DNA of 64,000 bases from Octopus sinensis. Lineage: Eukaryota. The position numbers and the translations under genes were made by a program. The DNA is taken from positions 25,505-89,504 of the forward strand of contig NW_021833030.1 of NCBI RefSeq assembly GCF_006345805.1, in the 5' to 3' direction. This document shows, one piece after another, positions 54,247-64,000 of the stretch. Under the pieces are notes generated by a model that searched no databases, was not told the DNA's origin, and worked only from the letters and a program-made list of their open reading frames with translations. Within the stretch, counting starts at the first letter, position 1. The number at the start of each line of letters is the position of its first letter.

Positions 54247-54249
<3 letters not shown>
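54034..54249 (-). mobile_element. Penelope-like remnant with inverted repeat and hammerhead-like motif, in (TA)n
   Basis: 54059-54102 is inverted at 54124-54166. Minus strand TAACAAAACTGT-CCGACGA-...ACGT-GAAA-CTCTGAG-TA-ACAGCTTTTGTTA. Homologous to 37274-37354. Confidence 0.6.
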
Positions 54250-54303
<54 letters not shown>

Positions 54304-54613
54304 TTATATTATATTAAATTAGAGATAAAACCATTATTAGGCAAATCAAACAGTGAAAAACATAAGCCAATACATACAATTAATTTTAAAATATAAAAGT
54401 TAAAAATTTAAAAATTATTAAAATAATTTAAACTTATAAATTTTAAATATATATATACAAATATATATATATATATATGTATGTACATTTTCATATTTAT
54501 ATATTATTTTGTTTAATTAATTAATTAATTTATTTTTATTTTTTTTTTTTATTTATTTAAAATTTTTTTTTATATATAAATATCAAAAGTATTAAAAGTT
54601 TAATAAAAGATAA

Positions 54614-54724
<111 letters not shown>

Positions 54725-54986
54725 TATATACCAGAGTAAGCACATAGAGATATCGATTGAAATGACTATAATACTATCGAAGACCACTTCTCAATATATA
54801 TTTGTGTGTGTGAGTATACTGATATTCTAGATATTAATTCGAAAGCATTTAGGTCTGGAGATTTCAGACGATGGAAAGACATCTTAGTTTGATTTCTAAG
54901 TAAACAGGAAACTAACTGATAATTCTTTTATAAATATGCTTCAGGAATTATCTCCTCCCTCGGATTGCTGGCCAAGATTTGAAATC

Positions 54987-55031
<45 letters not shown>

Positions 55032-55158
55032 TATACGTGAACCAGTATTCATTACTTACTTCTTATATACGTGAACGTGAACCAGGAACTCATTATCGCT
55101 ATGGACTCCGAGTGGGCAGTCACCTAAGAGTTTTTGTTCATCATGATGCTGACATAAG

Positions 55159-55257
55159 TTCCTTGTCTCTCCTGATGAGAAGGCGGCATAATGCACCCCT
55201 TATTCCTTCGATATTAGGAATATGCAGCCTTCGAAACATATGTCGAGAATAAAGGAA
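55159..55257 (+). ncRNA. Type I hammerhead ribozyme with canonical core
   Basis: UCUC-CUGAUGA(55172-55178)-GAAGGC...GCCUUC-GAAA(55233-55236)-CAUAUG-UC-GAGA. Stem I extends UUCCUU/AAGGAA, the G10.1-C11.1 pair is intact, stem III ACAUAUGU is palindromic, GUC cut after 55244, and AAUAAA follows immediately. Confidence 0.85.
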
Positions 55258-55441
55258 TTTTGTTAAATCGTCGTTCAACTCCATTCTTTCATTTATTTGT
55301 ATTAAAAAACACACAAATTTCCACACGAAAGCACGTGATCTCTGCCCTTGGCATGTAGCTTCAACCGTGTTTTTCTGACGTGAATTTGCTACCCAGGTAT
55401 CGGTTACCGAATTATCCATACAAGGATAATTCATTCAACTA

Positions 55442-55485
<44 letters not shown>

Positions 55486-55497
55486 ATAATATATGCA

Positions 55498-55692
55498 ACC
55501 GGCTTCTTTCAGTTTCCGTCTACCAAATTCACTCACGAGGCTTTGATCGGCCCGGTGCTATATTAGAAGACACTTGCCCAAGGTACCTTGCAGTGGAACT
55601 GAACCAGGAACCATGCGGTTGAGAAGCAAGCCTCTTAATACACATCCACGCGCGTGCCTTCACAGCGACGCATGCGCCTGCACAGCCACGCC
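55498..55692 (-). mobile_element. SINE family A 5' half
   Basis: GGCTTCTTTCAGTTTCCGTCTACCAAATTCACTCAC...AGACACTTGCCCAAGGTACC...ACTGAACCAGGAACCATG. Confidence 0.85.
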
Positions 55693-56044
55693 TGCACAGT
55701 TGCACCTGCGTATAATTTGTATGTGTATATACATGCACATACAATTACATCTATATACACATTCAACTCAAAAGAAAATAGATAGCCCTCATTATATCGC
55801 TTAATCTATCTGGATACCACTCATTAGCGTGATGCTCAAACAGTTTAATTAATTAAAAATGCCCATGGTCTGTCTAATAAAAACTAAATTAAGTATTTAA
55901 ATGCATCAAATGATATTAATTTGTTTTAAAAAATTACATTATTTTGTTTCAAAATACTGTGTCTGTTTACTTACGAGATGTTCATGGTTCGTGCGTGCGT
56001 ACGTACGTGCGAACATGCGCGTATGTGTGTGTGTGTGTGTGTGT

Positions 56045-56092
<48 letters not shown>

Positions 56093-56147
56093 TAAACAGC
56101 TAGATATAAATATAGTCAAATGACGTGATCGAGAGAATTTCAATATA

Positions 56148-56402
56148 TTTTTCTACGTCGACTTTGCCTTTCATCTTTTCAGGGTCGATAAATTAAGTAC
56201 CAGTTGCGTACTGGGGTCGATCTAATCGACTGGCCCCCTCCCCAAAATTTTCAGGCCTTGTGCCTAGAGTAGAAAAGAATATATTTTCTACTCTAGGCAC
56301 AAGGCCCGAATGTTTTGGGAACAGAGCCAGTCGATTAGATCCACCCCAGTACGCAACTGGTGCTTAATTTATCGACCCCGAAAGGATGAAAGGCAATGCC
56401 GA
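56148..56402. mobile_element. Tail-to-tail palindromic pair of SINE B 3' halves
   Basis: 56157-56277 (+) and 56284-56402 (-) are near-perfect reverse complements. Outer direct repeat AGAGAATTYCAATATA at 56132-56147 and 56403-56418. Confidence 0.88.
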
Positions 56403-56634
56403 AGAGAATTCCAATATAGAAAACCCTTTGCAGCGCTCAAATGATTTATACTTACACACTGATATCTTTGCCGAAGACCAAATCAACAGGATAAAAAGTG
56501 GCTATAAGAGGAATCCAAGTGTGCAGATATAGAGACAAAATTTCAAATAAACAGATGAAACTTCCTTTTTGTATTTGGTATGCAAGATTCTGATGTTGAA
56601 GGAAATTTTGTGTCTAGGGAGAATCTTTATGCCA

Positions 56635-56671
<37 letters not shown>

Positions 56672-56705
56672 GATAGATAGATATAGATATTATATATATA
56701 GTGAG

Positions 56706-56802
<97 letters not shown>

Positions 56803-56805
56803 GGC

Positions 56806-56873
<68 letters not shown>

Positions 56874-57575
56874 TTCAGAATTTGTGTAAATATTTATAGA
56901 AAAATATATTAGTTGAATAAAGTTACAACATTGTCTAGGTTTCACGTTTTTCATTATTTTATTTTTTAAAAAGCCCTTTTTACAATATTGTAGTGTGTTA
57001 AACATTAAGAAAATTATTTAGATATGTTCCTAAATTTCAGTTAGTGCTTTCATATGTTCGTAGTAATCATCAGATTTCACAATATGTTGACTGACAGTTG
57101 AGCTGAGTTCTTGACAACTGTAGTAAAATGACTGGATTTTCCTTTTTATACCTTTTAGAAATCTTCGACAAGCTGAATTTTTCGAATACGGTTTTGACCA
57201 GCCAGCATGCAGCTGAAACGTCATGGTTTGTCGGGCTCACCTATATTACTGGCGTAGACCCCCACCTTTATTTTAACCAGTTAGCTTGCAGTGTACATGT
57301 AATGGTTTTATGTGGGGACCATGCATGTAAGTTTGGAAGAAAGATAAAAGAAAAAGGTTCTATTAAATTGTGTCAAACCTGTTCTGAACGGAAATAACAA
57401 CAATAATACAATAACCAGTTAATGATGTGGATTAAGAAATACCTATAACATATGAATATAAACAAATTACATAAGTCTCCCACCGATTGAAACACAAAAC
57501 GAACGAAACCAACTACGTTTGCTCATTCATAAAACCATTACATGTAAACCATACGAAATCTATGCCAGTAATATT

Positions 57576-57826
57576 TCGTTTTTGGATTTGGTTTGCAAGA
57601 TTCTTTATATGAGTTCGTGTGTTGAAGCATATTCTGTTGTGTCTGGGGAGAGTAATTTTCTTTTTGTGCCTTGTAATGTAACACACTCACCAGTAAAATT
57701 TCCACTTTTTCTTATTTTTATTTTCCTAAAATTTTCGTTGCGTCTTGCAACCTTTTCAATAGTCTTTCAAGACTTACATCATAAGGCACAAAAAGAAAAT
57801 GACTCTCCCCAGACACAACAGAATAC
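57576..57826 (-). mobile_element. Retroelement fragment with inverted 5' segment (Penelope-like architecture)
   Basis: 57630-57681 is inverted at 57774-57825. 12-bp TSD GCCAGTAATATT at 57564-57575 and 57827-57838. A related end sequence lies at about 34600-34648. Confidence 0.65.
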
Positions 57827-58919
57827 GCCAGTAATATTGTCCGATTTTGTGTATAAGGCAGAGGTCGAACTTTGCCTTTCGGGTTCGATAAATTTCAAGC
57901 GTTGCGTCTATATTAGAAAGGATTGCTTGCTTTATTTTTGAAACATATTTACCAGAACTGAAGCTGTTCATGAGTAGTAAAGGCATGTCACCAATGTGGT
58001 CGTGAACGATGACTTTGACAAACCGAGATGCTACATCGATTCACAGAATGATCAAGCAAACAATCGATTTTTTAATTGGTGAAAGAGTTAAACAATTGAC
58101 TAATAATAAAAATAAAAGAAGCGAAATAGAATCAGTGCGTGTGTTCCTTATTGGCAAGATGACCGTCCCGTGGTGCAATAAAAATGGGAACAATATAGTA
58201 ATGAATATATATAAATGGAGGCGAGGGAGAGACATAGAGAAATTACAGAAGATTGGGCAGAGATGTGAAGTTGGTGGAGAAAAGATGGGGAGGTAGACTA
58301 AAAACGAAAAGAAGACGAGAAAATGCGAAAGTTAAACGAAGCCTGAAGCTAAGAGGATAGAATTTAGAGGTGATTTACTTAAGGAGGAGAGCATTGAACA
58401 GTAACTATATGAGGAGAGCATTGAATAGTAACTATATGAGGAGTATATCTTGGGGGACATTAAAAGGAAACGATGAGAGCGAAAACATACGTGGTTTGAA
58501 GGATAGAAAAGAAATTTGAGCCTTAACATCATACATGAATGTATCTGTGTCTGTGTGAAACAATGTGTATGAGCGTGCGTATGCGTGTGGTTTTCTGTGT
58601 ATGTGGTTTGCAGAGGTCTGTTACATTCGACCACAAATCTTTCTCTGTCGTCCACGTCGTGGTTTGACCCTCGTCCGTCAAGTAGCTAACTCAAGTGTTC
58701 ATTTTTCGACTTCGTTGATCAACCATTTAAGTACTCCATGAATATTTTACAATAGCACTCAGCTCTGTTTTGTCGCCACTCACTTGAGGCAAATTGCATA
58801 TTACACGCTTCTTTCCTCCACCCCTTTTATTTTCTATCACTTCATACAGCCTGACTTTCTGTCTGTCTGTCTATCTATCTGCCCGTCTATCTGCCTGTCT
58901 GTCTGTCTGTCTCTTTCTT

Positions 58920-58979
<60 letters not shown>

Positions 58980-58980
58980 G

Positions 58981-59054
<74 letters not shown>

Positions 59055-59097
59055 CTGTATGTGTGTGTGAGTATATATTTATATATACATATCTATC

Positions 59098-59158
<61 letters not shown>

Positions 59159-59802
59159 TAGATACGTATACACACACACACGTATATATACACATTACTT
59201 GCTTGACAACCGGTGTTGGCGTGTTAAGGCCCTCGTAATCTAGCGGTTCGGCCCAAACAACCGATAGAATAAATACCGTCCTTAAACAAAAAAATTAAGC
59301 CACGGATCGATTCTTCAAGGCTGTGCCCCAGCATGGTCGCAGCCTAATGACTGTAACAAGCGAAAGATAAACGATACCTACATACAGACACGCGTATAGA
59401 TGCATATATGCACAAATATATGTGTGTGTAAGTGTGTGTACGTATGTGTGCGTGTGTGTGCGTGTGTCTGTTCCTTTCTTTAAATTTTCCCATCAATCCA
59501 GATTCTCCTCCATATTTCAATTACACTTTCCACCTCTTCACTCCCATCTCCATATTTCTTCTGCTCATCAATTGTTAACTAAAATGGACGCTAATACCAT
59601 CTCTTTATGTTTCAACGTCTGTTCATCTCTCTCTCTCTCTGACTCTCTAGCTCTCCGCTCGCCCCCTCTCTCTTTCTCTGTCTATCAATCTTTCTATTAA
59701 TCTATCGTTTTCCTCTCTCTATGTCTGTATCCCTCTCCCTCTTTTCCCGCTACATATCAAGCAATATTTCTCTTCTATTCTTTCTTTCTTTCATTCTTTC
59801 AT

Positions 59803-59841
<39 letters not shown>

Positions 59842-59942
59842 CAGTCTCGTCTAGCTTTATGTGTAAGTGTATACAGGGACATGAGTGCGTGAGCATATGA
59901 TTATTGTTGTTGTTGTTCCGCTTTAGAAATTTATAGAGGATT

Positions 59943-60253
59943 CTTCTTATCTTCATCTTAATCCTTTTTGTCCCTTGTGTAGCATAGGGCCGGTTTCCCG
60001 GTTTCTTTGGTGTATAGGTTCCCCACCTGGACGGGACGCTGGTGCGTCGCAGGTGAACTTCAAAATGCAGGAGGAAAGAGTGAGAGAAAGCTGTGGCGAA
60101 AGAGTCAGCAGAAGTTCGCCTTTACCTTCTGCCGGAGAAGCGTGGAACTTAGGCGTTTCGCTCATAAACACATACATCACCCGGTCTGAGATTCGAACTC
60201 GCGATCCCTCGACCGCGAATCCGCTGCTCTATCACTAGGCCATGTGCCTACAC
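59943..60253 (-). mobile_element. SINE family C3 inserted in the Tx1 relic
   Basis: 12-bp TSD TTATAGAGGATT at 59931-59942 and 60254-60265. Confidence 0.92.
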
Positions 60254-61054
60254 TTATAGAGGATTAGTGGCGGGGAAGTGCGACGACTCTGGGCACCAAC
60301 GAGAAAGAACCGGCTAGTCTGTTCCGGAGGACTTTCCGGTCGGGAACTAGCATGGATAATTTCAGATCTCCTTGGCCTGGCAGTGCTACCGGGTGTGCTG
60401 TCAGACAGACGTCCAAGGTGCGTGCAGAGTGATGAAACCGTTCTGTGTTGGGGTATTGCTCTGTCCGCGCATTACTGACTTATGGGGGCATGTTGAACAA
60501 CTGTTGTTACGCGTGGAACGGGTCTGTCTATCGGCCCATTCTATAGTAATGATCGCACCGCCGCCCTCTTTCAATCGGGCAGGCAAAGCAGTTTTCCACC
60601 ACATGGTGGCGGTGGCGAAAAAGGTTGTTTGGTGGAAAGCCATGAGGACAGATACATTTCTCTTTGGTCGAGCTCTCATTGACTTCTTCAAGATTCACTT
60701 GGAAAGAAAATTGAGAGTGGAGAAGGAAAAGCTGTCCTCGAGTGAGTTTATTGAAAGGTGGGTGAAAGTTGCGCAAATGGCGTGAGTGGATGGTACCTTT
60801 CTACGTGTAGACCTTTGAGTCGGAGAAAAGGGATTGGAGAGGACACTCGCTCCTAGGGTTTAAGGGAAATCTCGGACAATGGGGTTCCTCGATTATCCCC
60901 AGAGGCCTTCTTAGATCAGGAATGCCACATATCTATCATCCTCCCCGCCGGTTTTTTCGAGTTTTTATTTATTTTTGTGCAATGCATATGTTCCTTCATT
61001 TTCACTGTATGCCTGGTATACTTACAATTTTTTTTATCATTTCGTTAATATATA

Positions 61055-61463
61055 GGCGCAGGAGTGGCTGTGTGGTAAGTAGCTTGCTAACCAACCACAT
61101 GGTTCCGGGTTCAGTCCCACTGCGTGGCATCTTGAGCAAGTGTCTTCTGCTATAGCCCCGGGCCGACCAATGCCTTGTGAGTGGATTTGGTAGACGGAAA
61201 CTGAAAGAAGCCTGTCGTATATATATATATATATTCATGTGTGTGTATATGTTTATGTGTCTGTGTTTGTCCCCCTAGCATTGCTTGACAATCGATGCTG
61301 GTGTGTGTATGTCCCCGTCACTTAGCGGTTCGGCAAAAGAGACCGATAGAATAAGTACTGGGCTTACAAAGAATAAGTCCCGGGGTTGATTTGCTCGACT
61401 AAAGGCGGTGCTCCAGCATGGCCGCTGTCAAATGACTGAAACAAGTAAAAGAGTAAAAGAGTA
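61055..61463 (+). mobile_element. SINE family A, full length
   Basis: Near-identical to the 22788 copy without the duplication. Confidence 0.95.
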
Positions 61464-61538
61464 TATGAAAACTCAAACACTTCATGTATGTCTTTGTATT
61501 GTCCCACTCATCCTTCGCCTTTGTGGCAAATAAATTAA

Positions 61539-61600
<62 letters not shown>

Positions 61601-61897
61601 GGCGGCGAGCTGGCAGAATCGTTAGCACGCCGGGCGAAATGCTTAGCAGTATTTCATCTGACGCTGCGTTCTGAGTTCAAATTCCGCCGAGGTAGACTTT
61701 GCCTTTCATCCTTTCGGGGTCGATAAATTAAGTACCAGTTACGCACTGGCGTCGATATAATCGACTTAATCCGTCCGTCTGTCCTTGTTTGTCCCCTCTG
61801 TGTTTAGCTCCTTGTGGGTAGTAAAGAAATGGGTATTTTGTTTGCCGCTACGTTGTGAGTTCAAATTCCGCCGACGTCGACTTTGTCTTTCATCCTT
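61601..61897 (+). mobile_element. SINE family B with partial second body
   Basis: Full head after (TAT)n, Tx1-like tail, then a repeated GAGTTCAAATTCCGCCGA...CTTTCATCC segment. Confidence 0.92.
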
Positions 61898-62439
61898 TAT
61901 ATGTGTGTGTATGTGCACATATATGCATACACACACACACGCATATGTATATATAGATACAGTGAGAAAGAGAGACGCAAAGAGAGGCTTTCTTTCTCTA
62001 CCACTCATTGATACCGATATTCATCACTCAATTTTTTTAACATCCACCACATCACAAACGGCGCCTCTTTCCTGCATGCTTTCCTCCATTCTCTCTTTCT
62101 TTCTCTCTCTCTCTCTCTTCCCCCTCCCTCTCTCACTCATTCTGTACCTCAAGTTTTTTTTTCCCTTCTACCAATAGCTTCATACCTCCGTTTCCACAGC
62201 CTTTTGTCGCATCGTTTGGTCTTCCGCTTCGTACGGTGTTGTCGTGGCTTTTGTTATAAGCAAGAAAAAAAAACCCAGAAAAAAAAACCCAGTAAAAACA
62301 GGAGGGAAAAAAAAGCAATCCTATTCGTTGTAGTGTATTATAAAATTATTGTTCACGATTTTGTTGCTGCTGTCCTCTTAACAGTATTCACCATTGTTAA
62401 TAAAGAGCCTCAGGTTTTTCTGTTCATTTCATGCGCTTC

Positions 62440-62461
62440 CATTATTATATTATTATTATTA

Positions 62462-62500
<39 letters not shown>

Positions 62501-62529
62501 CATTATTATTACTATTATTATTGTTATTA

Positions 62530-62587
<58 letters not shown>

Positions 62588-62862
62588 TATTATTGTTATT
62601 ATCATTATTATTATTATATTATTATATTATCATTATTATCATTATTACATTATCATTATTATGGTTATTATCATTATTATTATTATTATCATTATCATCA
62701 TTATTATTATCATTATATTATCATTGTTATTATTATTATTATTATATTATGATTATTATCATCATCATTATTATTATTATTATTATTATTTTATTAGTAT
62801 TCTATTATTATTATTATTATATTATTATTATTATTATCATCATCATTATTATTATTTTCTTA

Positions 62863-62900
<38 letters not shown>

Positions 62901-62975
62901 TATTATTATTATTATTGTTATTATTGTTATTATTACAGTTGTTGTTGTTATTTTTCTTTTTGTCATTATTATAGT
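62440..62975. repeat. (TAT)n / (CAT)n microsatellite
   Basis: Direct inspection. Confidence 0.95.
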
Positions 62976-63302
62976 CTCTTTCTATACCTTTTCTGTTCGT
63001 TTAAATTGTAGTTGGCGTTGTTTCATTATCCTGCTCGTGAAAAGGACGTTTTAAGAATGGTTTTTCTTTCTGTCGTGCGATTGACGCACTGGAAGTTTCA
63101 CACGTAGTTACCTCCCGTTTATTCAGGTACACACATGGACATACACACGCGCACGCACAGACGCTCGCGCGCGGGCATATGCACTGATAGAGAAAGAAAG
63201 CGAAAGAAAAAGAGGGAGAGAGAGAGTTAGTATATGCATCTAACAGAGATGCATATAGGTGTATCACTCTCTCTCCTCTCTCTCTCCCCTCTCTCTCTTT
63301 CC

Positions 63303-63364
<62 letters not shown>

Positions 63365-63444
63365 CACACCTATATATATATATATTATATATATATATTA
63401 TATATATATATATACATATGCATATGTATGCATATATATATATA

Positions 63445-63508
<64 letters not shown>

Positions 63509-63829
63509 GTATGGATGGAGATGGATGGATATTTATTTATATAAATACAGTGTACATTCAAACCACATAAGAGGGATCCGTCATACGATTCCTGCACGCT
63601 AGGATACATTTTATGTGTTTTAAATGTAGACTGTATATAAAGTCTATTGACTAATTTTTTACACGCTAGGCCACTGGTAGTAGAAATTTCTAAAAATTTT
63701 TTATTACCCTGATATTAATTATCTATTGAGATATATATATATGTGTGTGTGTGTATGTATGTATGTATGTATGTATGTATGTATGTATGTATGTATGTAT
63801 GTATGTATGTATATATATATATATATTGC

Positions 63830-64000
63830 CCCACCCTATTTAGCATCTTCTTTGTAGTCATGCAGAAACATGCATTTGGGACATTAGCCGATGGTGTTTA
63901 CCTCGACTCTAGGTCAAGTGGCAAAGTGTTTAGTCTGTCGAAGCTGAAAGCCAAAACCAAGGTGCGCCAGGTACTCATCAGAGAAAGGGGGTTCGCAGAC
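63830..64000 (+). mobile_element. RTE-clade (BovB-like) LINE reverse-transcriptase fragment, running off the window end
   Basis: PTLFSIFFVVMQKHAFGTLADGVYLDSRSSGKVFSLSKLKAKTKVRQVLIRERGFAD matches the RTE RT segment (APTLF...GVYL.TR.DGKLFNL.RLKAKTKV...LIRE.LFADD). Confidence 0.9.

Larger units (their letters stand above)
59917..61539 (+). mobile_element. Second Tx1/L1-clade LINE 3' fragment, interrupted by two SINEs
   Basis: SLAWQCYR...PRCVQSDETVL...CPRITDLWGHVEQLL...IAPPPSFNRAGKAVF...AKKVVWW...F.ERW is homologous to the 47.2-47.5 kb peptide. It ends GCCTTTGTGGCAAATAAA then (TTA)n. Confidence 0.85.

Noticed and set aside
58383-58445. 27-bp tandem duplication
   Set aside because: A two-copy local slippage duplication with no further structure.

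Overview
This is AT-rich, extremely microsatellite-rich eukaryotic DNA with no supportable host protein-coding gene. The repeat landscape points to an octopus or other coleoid cephalopod intergenic/intronic region (inference). Almost all long ORFs in the six-frame track are artefacts of (TA)n, (CA)n, (GATA)n, (CATA)n and triplet repeats. The window is a mosaic of mobile DNA: at least three tRNA-derived SINE families (locally labelled A, B and C/D, many with target-site duplications, TSDs), two Tx1/L1-clade LINE 3' ends, an R4/Dong-like LINE 3' end, an RTE reverse-transcriptase fragment, a mariner relic, two non-autonomous Helitrons, three GG-terminal MITEs with 8-bp TSDs (Merlin-like), a piggyBac-like MITE and several fold-back elements. 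The most interesting signal is RNA structure. Several type I hammerhead ribozyme (HHR) motifs of the Penelope/retrozyme kind are present. One at 55.2 kb is essentially canonical. Another sits in a ~353-nt tandem unit with a 5' inversion and an 11-bp TSD at 51.7-52.3 kb, a candidate non-LTR retrozyme that could generate circular RNA. Also notable are LINEs inserted in specific microsatellites and a SINE 3' tail shared with the Tx1 LINE. All alignments and folds were done by eye.
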